From the NCBI GenBank assembly GCA_003614675.1, contig ML002306.1:1-44687 (forward strand): DNA of 44,687 nucleotides. Direction: 5' to 3'. The stretch is from Dimargaris cristalligena (Eukaryota). Below the pieces are notes generated by a model. It had not been told where the DNA came from, made no database searches, and saw nothing but the letters and a program-made list of their open reading frames with translations. Position 1 is the stretch's first letter. The number at the start of each line of letters is the position of its first letter. Of this stretch, positions 34,696-44,687 are shown piece after piece. The translations under genes were made by a program, and so were the position numbers.

Positions 34696-36696
34696 ATGTC
34701 CACCCGCACTACCCAACACCTGCCCTGCTTGACCGTCCAGGCCGACTGGCAAAAGGACATACTGGACATTGCCCAAACTCCCAAACATCAAGCCTCCTTC
34801 TGGCTTTCGGAGTATCAGGAAGGTAAGTTTATTAACCGCAAGCATCCAATATGATAGTGGTACAACCAACCTGCCTAGATTGGTATGGATTCCGCCAAAT
34901 ACGACTGATTAAAGTGAGCATTTCCCAATATCTTCTACCCTTTTTTAAATATGAAAATACTAAATGATACTCGATGCTTCTAATCGCTTGCTTTCCAACT
35001 CGACTTCCCAGGCGAACCTGCCATCCACGGCACTATCCATGTTAAGCGTGCTCCCCAAGCACTTTACCGGCTAACCGGGAAGGACTTTCCACGCAATCTG
35101 ACCCCATTGACCCCGCTTAGTTTCGCAGTCGCCCCGGCTAGTCCCGGGCCAGCCCCCGCTGTCCGGGTATGCGCACCTTATCGCTTCACCACGTCGTCCA
35201 TGACGGGCCCCGTGCGCTCTTTCGATGTTGCTCCGACCAACCCCAATACCATCGTGTTAGGCGGTGACCATGGTCAAATGCAGGTGATCGACGCCGCCGA
35301 GGGTGGGGTCACCCGGGCAACCCTGCGGGGCCACCAGGGGGACATCACCATTTGCCGGCTCTTCCCCTCGGGCCAAGTCGTGCTCAGTGGTGCCATGGAC
35401 GGAACCCTTCGGATTTGGTCAGCCGAGGATGGTAGTAACCCCGTCGTCCTGCGGGGCCATACGGCTGCCATCACCGATGTCGCCATCCGGGGTGTAGGTC
35501 GAACCGTCCTATCCGCTTCGTCCGATGGCTCTGTGCGGCTATGGGAGTGCGGCACGCAACGGGAATTGGCCCTCTGGGACCTTTCACGAACGGTAACTGC
35601 TGAGGGGGGCTCGGCGAAACCAGACGATCAGGTCTGTAAAATTACCCTGGGTCAGAGTTTTACGGGCCACGACCCCCGAGCGGGCCACCAGGGCACACTC
35701 TGTGTAGCTGTTACGAAAAATGGGATGATTTATGGTCTCGATACCAGTGATCCGTCTGCCAAGGTAAGCCCCCATCCCCTTTTAATAGGGATGCAATAAT
35801 CAAATTTTGGTACATGCACCAAAATCACACTCCTTTACCAAGATTCGGACATAAGAATATACACCATTTCTAAGTGCCTGGGTAAACGGTATTAGTCCAT
35901 GCGCTCCATTGAACTTTTTTTACATTTTATTTATTTAATATAAGCCCGTTTTCGCCGTTCAATCCGCCGGAGCCACCGGCGACCTGTCTGCTGTTGCCTT
36001 TGACACCGACCATTCTCTATTGGTGGTTGGGTCGGACGATGGTCTCGTTGAATACTGGGATACGAAGTCCATGAAGTAAGTCGATATGTTCCCCATTTTC
36101 TGAGATGTCCATTAATAATCCGGCCCCATCACGTTTTGGCGACTGTCCTTATATTGAACCTCACACTATCAATATAATATGATTATTGGAACTATCCACT
36201 CTAGCCAACCACTGGGTTCTTTCCGGCGCAACAGGGCCAGCATCCATGACATGGTGTTTCTTGGGGAGTTTGCACCGGGGCGGACCAGCCTTGCATTAGC
36301 CACGGGTAAGTTCACCATTTATATGGGTTTTCACATAAGATTAATGTAGTTTATTGTTAAATACATGTAGGTGTTTCATCATCTCATATGGTTTTCCCCG
36401 ATGCCGTGGGTCTCATCTAACCAATGGTGTATTTAAATATGCTCTACCCATGCCATTATTCTTCAGCCGACGGTCTAGCCAGCGTCTTCTCAATCCCTTA
36501 CAGTACCGGTGCCAATAACACTTTAAGCGGTCCGGCCGACGTGTACGTGACACACGAACTGACGGGTACTGATATTGATCCACTCTATACGATTCGCGTC
36601 CTGCCCCAGGCGTCGCAGTACCTAGGTTCATCTGATCAGCCTTCATACCCAGGATTAGCGGTCGCTGGGCGAGATACGGTCATCAAGCAGTACTGA
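34696..36696 (+). CDS. RPN14: WD40 proteasome regulatory-particle assembly chaperone Rpn14/PAAF1, ~446 aa; exons 34696-34822, 35012-35763, 35945-36075, 36205-36305, 36467-36696
   Basis: LPCLTVQADW N-terminus, FPSGQVVLSGAMDGTLRIWSAEDGSNPVVLRGH, SSDGSVRLWECG; in-phase GT-AG introns. Confidence 0.85.
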
Positions 36697-37847
36697 ATCG
36701 TACGTGGGTGTAGTATAGTAGAGGGAGAGATACGCGGTCACTATTCTAAGCGTAGATCCCCCTGCTTATTATATCGGAGGGGGGGGGGCATATTAAAATT
36801 GAGTACCCCCTACCCCTACTTATATCCAGCATGACTCATTTTCCATCACTCTGTACCTGCATGGTTGGACATTTCTATTGGCTTCAAATTAAAAAGAGAG
36901 AGAGAGAAGAGGGTACTGATTAATACTTTAAGAGGGGATCCCAGTGTATTAAAAGTACATTGAAGGAGGGAAAATAGGGGGTATCCTCCAAATGCAAAAG
37001 AAATACATGGCCGAGCAAGTAGGAGTAAATAGGCCTCACATAGAATACTTAAAGTAGGCGAGAGACGAAAATTCGACAATGGCATTTGACGGTTACGGCA
37101 CACGATCAGCGAGGAGCGGTCGAGACAGCGTATATCCGTTCAAATCAATCAAATTTAACTAATACTAAAAATTGGTAATGATTGAATAATAAGATATCTG
37201 GTATAAGGAAATAAAAATGAATTTTAAAAAAAAGATATAATAAGAACGCAGTAGGGAAACGAATGCAGGTGAAATACGGTGGAAATGGAGCATAGCGTAC
37301 AGTAGGGTTGTAATAGCTAAGGAGAAAAAATAAATAATAAGTGATGGAAGGTAATAAAGTAGAGAAGGAAGGAATAATGGGCGGTATAGAATGGCAGTCA
37401 CAGGAAATAGGGCCCATTAATATTTTTTTGGGAATGGGTAATGGAAGGCGATGACCGGAGTAAGCAAGGGCGGAATAGGATTTGAATATAGAAAAAAGAG
37501 GCATGGCCAAACGAAAACTGCCGATGCAACAACTCTAAACCGGGCCTAGTCCTTCGCCCAAAGGCAGTCCATTCCAGAGTGGGGAGGAAGCCGTTTGGGC
37601 TGAATGGGCGCAGGTGAAGGAATTAGGACTACAGGCGAAGTAAAGTATCCAAAACGGGAGAAGGTGGTGATAGAAGCCAGCCCCAAAGTAAAATTAGGCA
37701 ATAAATTTAAGTGTAAGAGTAGGAGTTGGGTAGAAGAAACGTTGGAGACACGAGGGGAATGTTATAAAAATACGCGAAAACAAGCAACGCTAATGGATAA
37801 CAATGAACTATGAAATAGAAGGAGGATGCTCTCTTTCTCTCAATCTA

Positions 37848-39221
37848 TTACACAAGGACCAGCTCTAAGGTCCACATGCGGCGACACCAAATGCGCACAG
37901 GGATATCATCCATGGTGTTATTGACGTAAATGTCAATACCGTCCCACCAGCATTTGCGAGCGGGTTTCTTCCAGAAGAGCAGCAGTTTCTGAGCGGCAGC
38001 GGACTGGGCGGGCTGACCGGTGGGTTCCAGGCGCACCAGGGCCAGGCTGGAGACGGTGGAGCGGTTGGGTTCCCGCACCCGACAGCCCCAGTTGGCGTTC
38101 CGGGAGAAACCGGACACGCAGAGCATATCGATGAGCTGTTGCTCCACGCCGCCGGTGATATTGGGAATGGGCTGGCTCGCCGGGAGCGTACTATTTCCCC
38201 CCTCTTCGGCCGGGGGTGACGACGACTGGTCGTCACCGTCGTTGGGGCCCTGGTGCTGATGCATATTGCGTTCCAGGGCGGAGAAGACTTGGCGCTGTTC
38301 AAGGAGTACATCGCCGCAGCGAGTCTTGAGTTCACCCACCTTCAGGGGGGCAATCAGCGTGGAAGTGGGGGGTGGGGGCCCATTGGGGGTAATTTGGGAC
38401 TTGGGCGTGTAGGGTTTGACAATGGTGAAATAGTCTAGATCTTCACGTAAAACAATCACGGCCTGTTTATCTAAGAAGTACGGATGGGCGATGTTGCCGA
38501 AGAGCATATACGTGGACGACGCGAACGAGGGGGGCGTCTCGGAAGGCTCGGTAGCCTGGCTGGAGACCTGGGAGTGGTTCACGGTGGAGTTGTTTGCAGG
38601 GAGACCGTCCCGCGAATTACTCAGGGACGTCTGGGCGGTCACCATGGACGCGTCGCTCATATCCACCGTCGACGGGTACTCATCGTAGCTGGCGCCCAAA
38701 TATTCGGGGTCTTCGAGCTGTGAGTCCGCAGAGAAGCTTTGGCTAAGCTGGGAGCGCAGGGTGGCCAGGCGTTGGTAGAAGTCCAAAATATAGCGCAGCA
38801 TAGCCGGGTGGAAATCGACCCGGACCAAATCCATGGGTGGGTTGGCGACATAAGTAGGGGCGGTCGAATCAACGAGGTGGGGATCGGTGTCCGTGGACTG
38901 GCTACCGGTGGAGAGGTCCGAGGGCGCGTCACTGACGTTGCTGGTCCGGGGCTTAGCGGCTGCTTCGTCAACCGTAGCGGTGGTGCGGGCCACCACGGAC
39001 ATACCGTTAGGGAACATGGCGGCCAGGATACTTTCGGGGAAGCTGCCTAGTGAATCACGCTCGACGATGAACTCGGTGCCGCGCACATCGAGGTAGAGGC
39101 GACTGGGCAAGACCATGGGCTCAACGGGCTGGCCGTTGGGACCATAGCCGTTATGCAGAGGGGAACCCATACCGCCCTGGGGCTGTACCGAAGTGATGGG
39201 TGAGGCGGACATGTGGGACAT
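37848..39221 (-). CDS. WHI2: Whi2-like phosphatase activator/growth regulator, 457 aa
   Basis: BTB-like LDVRGTEF..FPESIL..FPNG, IVLREDLDYF, EQQLIDMLCVSGF, KLLLFWKKPARKCWWD..RRMWTLEL. Confidence 0.9.
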   Translation of the reverse strand: MSHMSASPITSVQPQGGMGSPLHNGYGPNGQPVEPMVLPSRLYLDVRGTEFIVERDSLGSFPESILAAMFPNGMSVVARTTATVDEAAAKPRTSNVSDAPSDLSTGSQSTDTDPHLVDSTAPTYVANPPMDLVRVDFHPAMLRYILDFYQRLATLRSQLSQSFSADSQLEDPEYLGASYDEYPSTVDMSDASMVTAQTSLSNSRDGLPANNSTVNHSQVSSQATEPSETPPSFASSTYMLFGNIAHPYFLDKQAVIVLREDLDYFTIVKPYTPKSQITPNGPPPPTSTLIAPLKVGELKTRCGDVLLEQRQVFSALERNMHQHQGPNDGDDQSSSPPAEEGGNSTLPASQPIPNITGGVEQQLIDMLCVSGFSRNANWGCRVREPNRSTVSSLALVRLEPTGQPAQSAAAQKLLLFWKKPARKCWWDGIDIYVNNTMDDIPVRIWCRRMWTLELVLV

Positions 39222-39833
39222 TTAAGAAGCAGGGTGGGGTGGGGTAGAAGTGCGTGTGGTACAGTAGAGGGTGGGGCCTAGGGAAGAAGACAGTGGGGGC
39301 TACAAAGCAGCCTGGGGGGTGGAAGCAAAACAGACGGCGAGCGGCTGTGTAGAGGTAAACGAAGTATAGAAGGTGTAACAAGCCAGGGGGTATTGGAGAG
39401 GTCGACGGCTTTCTACTAAAGTGGGTAAAGGAAGAGAGATTAACGAGAAGATGAAACGAAGAGTCGACGACAGGCGTGGAAAGGCAGCAAGACAACAAAC
39501 CCTTGTAAGTAGCATACATAGTGGGAACTCCCTCACTAACACTGCCCTTTTATCCTTTTATTATATGCCCTTCCCTTGGCTTCATCCGTTCAGTCCATTC
39601 CCCCTCGCTTGAAACCACTCGCCCCTCCTCCACCTCCACAATACCTGCCTAGTCCCTCTTTCCTTCTGGCCCGGAGTGCGTTCATCCCACCTACCGCATT
39701 CCTAACTTTGCATGCTTACATTATTCGTTTGCTTGCTTGTCTTTTTAATTCACAGTCCCCACCAACCTTCTCAATTCCCCCGTTCCGGGTTTTCCCACTA
39801 GACTGTTGAGTAAAATAATAGAATAATAGAGCA

Positions 39834-42800
39834 ATGTCAAACTCCGTCCGGGGCCCGCCGCCTCTAGAGACTCCCCGGTCTCCCCCTCATTCCACCGTAC
39901 TCTCGACCGACGTCTTGTCCGGCGATACCCTGGCTTCCAAATACCAGCGCCTGTTCGCCGACTACACCCGTATCAAAGCCCAGCAGGCCGTCCTGAAACA
40001 GGCTGTGGTACAAGTCCAGCAGAAGAATGAACTCCTCGCTCAGGAATGTTCTACTCAGCGGGCCGAGAGCCGTCAGTACCGCAATCAGATGGACACCCTC
40101 GAATTCAACAACCGCCGGCTCATCAAACGTCTCGACGTGCTACAGACCGCCGCGGCTCAACAGGCCAAGTCCCAGCGGGGCTGGCTTTTCGCTGGAACGG
40201 GTACCCGGCGTGACCTGTCCAGCACCCGTGAGGCCCTGGAGGCCATCAGCCATGAACTCCAGGCCAAAATCAACGAGAATGAGTCGCTTCACTCCGAACT
40301 ATCCGAGACTCGCGCCGCATTTGAGCGCCAGCTAAGCACGCTCCGCCGGGATATCGCCACGTTGAACAACGACAAGACGAAATTCCAGGAGCAGATTCAA
40401 CAGACCGAAGGGGCCGACCGCCCTAAACTCAAACAGTACCAGAAACGGGTCACAGAATTGACGGGGGAGCTGGATGCGTTACAGGCTAGCCAGGCCGAAC
40501 TGCAGACCAGTTTGCGGCACTCCGAAACCACGCTGGCGTATACCCGTGGCCAGCTCCAGATCAAGCAACGCTTCGTTAGTCACATCATCACTGTGCTTTC
40601 CTCAGTCATGGACAATACCCAGCGCTTTGATTCCGACATTCTGGCCTTTCCCATGGCCATCAAGAACCATTTTCTGACCACCATCACCACTCTCAAACAG
40701 ACCTGGGACGCCCTCCGCAAGCAGATTGGCCGCGCCTCGGCGTTTTTACCTCCCGAAGTGGCCCAGCGCCATGAGGCCCTTATGCAAGCCTGTATCGATT
40801 CCCTGGGTGGCTCCATGTTGACCGTGCCGCTGGACTTTCGCCCGCAGCTTCTGGATCACCTGGCCAAGTTCCTGCAGTGGTATTTTGGTTTCCTGTTGGA
40901 GACAGCCTCCACTACCGAATTCTACCGGGATACTTACCAGCAGCTTCTGCAGTGTGCCTCCCGCTTCACTCAGCGGGACGGCCATCCGGACTTCGCCCCC
41001 TACTTCGCTCTAGAGGAGGCCCAGCGTATCATCGCCGACAAGGTCATTGAGGTCCAGGCCTCCCCCCTCCGGGAAATCGCCGCCCTCATCGGATCCTTGA
41101 CTGCAGTATGCCTCTGGAAGCTCTACCCTTGGGTGGATTCGACCACCCCGTCCCGACCACCTACGGCCATGGATATCTTTGAAATCCGACCCTGGCCCAC
41201 CGAACTCACCGCTGCCCAACAACTGTACGACGCCTGGCGCCAAAACTACCTTACCCTCCGGGCCAACCACCGGAAAACCACCGAGTCGTTGAAGCAGGCA
41301 GAAGGTGACCGTGATCGGCTCGAGGCCGATTGCCGCCAGTGGCAGCGACGCTTCGATGAAGATAAAAAGAAGGCCCAGGCCGCCGAGCGCTTCGCCAACC
41401 AGAAACAGGAGAAACTGACCGCTACTTTACAACAGCTGTCCACCGAAATTGCCACCAAAGACCAGAATATCGCAAGCCTCGAAAGTCGGATGAATCGGCA
41501 GTTGGGGGCCAACGCGGACCTTAAGGTATGTTCATGTGTTACCTATTATTATTATTATTATTATTAAATCTGAAGGACCGATTAGGATAATTGCCTTATC
41601 ACCGGTTAATTTAGAATCGGGGTTGGATTTAGTGAAGGTCGGATGATCCTTGATTGATTACCGTCTGAGTAATAGGGATTCCCACCAACACTGCTCACCC
41701 ATTATTTGGACACCACTGCCTGGTATAGTCCTAACCACATATACTCCCCTCCACTTCACTCCTATCTACCGATATCACTACAGGATGCTCTCCAATTCCA
41801 TATTGACCAATTTGATGATGAGAAGCGACACCAGGCCGAAGTCCAGCAACGTTTGCAGAATGAGCTGAACATAGCCCAGCGTCGTTACCAGGAATTGGAG
41901 AAGCAAACCGTGGAACAGACCCGATTGGCCTTGGGTAAGCAAAAGGCCCAGTTTGACGCACTGCACCAGGACCAAGAGCAGCAACGTAACCGAGAACGCC
42001 AGCAATTAACGAGTGTTATTACCGAGCTGACCCAGCAATTGACGGATCTTCAAGAATCTATGGTCAAGTCGGCGGCCGCCACCGCCGCCACTGTCACCGC
42101 TCTCCCCGTGCCCAATGGCACCGGTGAGTTGAGTCGCTCCACTCCCACTACGCCGATGGCTAATGGCAAGGCGAACGTTAATGCGGTCAATACACCCCGA
42201 TCCCAAGTGTCCCCGGTTCCAACCGAAGAGGGTGACGTTGGTACCCTCTCCGAGCACGCCTCCCCAATTTTGCCGGCGGTGCCGGAAAATACCGATAGTA
42301 ATGGGTATATCGAACCCACCGACGTGGTCCTTGAGGAGAAGCCAGCATCACTGTCGCCCCAACCTAATACCGATGTCGATGTCGATAACAAACCCGAGTT
42401 ACCCTCGACTAATGTAAGTACATGACAGCTTTTATTTCTCCTTCGAGTCTCTAACCAAAGAGGTCAAAACGTGGTAGACTGGCTCTAGGCTCAATTTCTC
42501 GTTAAGTCTTTCGTGGATTATCGCCCGTTATATTCCCGTTATTGGCCAATTCAAACCCCCCCCCCGAGACTCTAATCTAACTACGCTGAATTGAATTATG
42601 TCCTTTGAATTTATGTTATGGTTGCTATGCGTGCAGCCTGACACCCAGGCCCAGTCTTCTGCACTCAGTGAGCAGCAGGCAGAGGTAAGTGCAGCACTAT
42701 TCTAATGCCACCATTATGCCCAGTTGTATTACATTTATTAGCTGTTTCTGACTATTGCAATGCCATTGGATCCGCACAGACATACCCCGGAGACTTACCT

Positions 42801-43697
42801 TATATCCCCAAACATTTCATACATACGCTACTCTCTGCGTTATCCCTTAGGCATTTATGCTCCGCGAGCAGGAAACTGCTGCCTACTTCCAGGCCCAGAT
42901 TGCCCGATTAAATGTCCAGGTAAATACCCAATCCAATCTACCATTGCGACTCTTACCAAAGTCATTCGTACGAATATTATAATAGGCCATTAATGCCACG
43001 GGTTTACCCATGTCGGAACATCTTGGGATATTTTTACACCCATATCTAACCCTATTAATAATGTCTATACCGCTCCGCGTAATTATCATACCAAATCGAC
43101 AGTTGGAAATTGCCGATAGCAAGGCGGTGGAATTCCATAAAGCCTGGGATCTCGCCAACCGTCAACTCTCGCAGGCTAACAGCGAAAAATCGGCCCTGGA
43201 ATCCCGGATAGACCAGATGGAGTCCCGAGTTGCCGAATTAGAGGTAAGCTTATGACAGATTATCCTATATGTACCGCTGGCTTTGTTGGCTATGGGTATG
43301 CCGTTAATAGTGTAGGCCCTACCATTAACCCGTAGAGGCCATCCTATCGATATGTACATTTTTATGAGGCTGGCCGAATTTTATTGGTACTGGTTAAAGA
43401 AATATATCACCAGCTCTACCAAAGAACATTTTACTTAAAACCGTATGCCAATTTATACTATATTGGGTTTATATTTCCTTTAGGATGAATTGAGCACAAC
43501 CAAGCGAGGTTACGAGGAACAGATTCAAATCATGACTGAATGTAAGTATTGTCCGATTTTATTTGTGCATTTTCATTATTGTGGTGGTTTTTATTGATTA
43601 CCAACGGAACGCCGGGTCACTGAACCATTGTAACTAATCTTCAATAATGTTGCCATTGTGGTTTTATATTATTCAACTAGCTCTGACCATGCTCTAA
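39834..43697 (+). CDS. PPP1R21: PPP1R21/KLRAQ1-like coiled-coil protein (FERRY subunit Fy-2), ~884 aa; exons 39834-41525, 41784-42413, 42637-42684, 42851-42919, 43103-43243, 43484-43541, 43681-43697
   Basis: N-terminal KYQRLFADYTRIKAQQAVLKQAV (KLRAQ domain), ADSKAV, C-terminal DELSTTKRGYEEQIQIMTE (TTKRSYEDQ domain); all junctions GT-AG and in frame. Confidence 0.85.
41544..41566. repeat. (TAT)n microsatellite in PPP1R21 intron 1
   Basis: Seen directly. Confidence 0.85.
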
Positions 43698-44687
43698 GTT
43701 GTTCTCCAACACTGCCTCGACTCACCACCATTTTAGTTTGCACTAGCCCGGAATCGCCCAGCATTCCAAGTAGGGGTATGGTAACGCCCCGTCGACTTAC
43801 CCTATCTAATACCAATATCATTTGACTGCATTGAATCCCATTGGCTTTTTTGCACTCATATAATTGTCACGATGATTCGAATTTGATTTGTACTGTATCT
43901 GCATCGCACTTTTCACATTATATTTAATCTATCCCACCCCCTTTTCTTTCACGCTCAACTTTTTAATCAACCATGGTGAAACACTCAATGCCCTATTTTC
44001 GATACTAGCGTCATCTATTAATACATACATTTATAATCATTTATCCTTACATTTTTGGCTAATGGCAGCATGGACAGTAACAGCCAGTCATTGCCTAATA
44101 AGTCGTGGATTCATCCAGCCGGGATTATAATGGTACGGATTACCTAAACGATGACAGCAACTAAAGTCCAAACCCAATCAGGCAATAATGCAAGCATGGG
44201 GGATAAATACTAGATATATACTATGATGTATTTGGTATTTATGGAAACAGGGAATAGGTATAGAGTAAAAAGGCCTTTTCAATAGGCACGTATAGGGCAG
44301 AGCGGTGTGCATGGATACTCCAACTAGTCTATTAGGCCGGGGGAGGAGGCTAGAAGGGACGGATACATCACAAACAGTTGACGTATATATTGACGAGCTG
44401 GTAACAATCTCGAAAATGGCGTCAGCAAGAAGAATCACGCCACCCACAGCAAAATATTAGGATATTGCTAAAATAGCTGGACAACATCGCAATAAGTAAG
44501 CCGTACACAGCCATACCAAAAACTACTGGGGGCGAGAGGATGGAAGGGGAGGGGGGGAGGTATAACGGATCCAGAATAAAAAAGCTCACTAATTAAAACC
44601 AGAATGTGTCTATTCGCCCCCAATTCCAACTCTGAAACCCAACTGCGGATATCCGGATTGAGAATCCAATGCCTTAAATTATTGGCC

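Noticed and set aside
44422-44525. Possible terminal exon of a minus-strand membrane protein (VFGMAVYGLLIAMLSSYFSNILIFCCGWRDSSC)
   Set aside because: Plausible acceptor and hydrophobic frame, but too short, and upstream exons would lie outside the window

Overview
Eukaryotic, intron-containing fungal DNA. The gene set (WHI2, Crh-type GH16, NUC1, plus animal-like PPP1R21 and DCTN4) points to an early-diverging fungus such as a zoopagomycete; this assignment is inference. The right part (16.8-44.7 kb) is gene-dense: a secreted 3D/MltA-like protein with apparently lost catalytic Asp residues, STUB1/CHIP, dynactin p62, a GPI-anchored GH16 Crh transglycosylase, ATP1, mitochondrial bL21m, NUC1/EndoG, RPN14/PAAF1, WHI2 and PPP1R21. 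The left 16 kb looks empty in the ORF track but is a tandem array of six same-strand paralogous units. Each unit carries an intact two-exon micro-gene (49-nt exon 1, 223-227-nt phase-1 intron, 69-72 aa product, no signal peptide, small beta-barrel-like pattern) and a TATA box; five of six have an ACATG-N-CATGT-type palindrome about 314 bp upstream of TATA. The proteins are only about 27-41% identical in the pairs counted, while a promoter segment is about 86% identical, which suggests diversifying selection. The array also shows mosaic recombination, two solo LTRs, a MITE pair and CpG-depleted relics. All alignments and counts were done by eye; no database searches were run.
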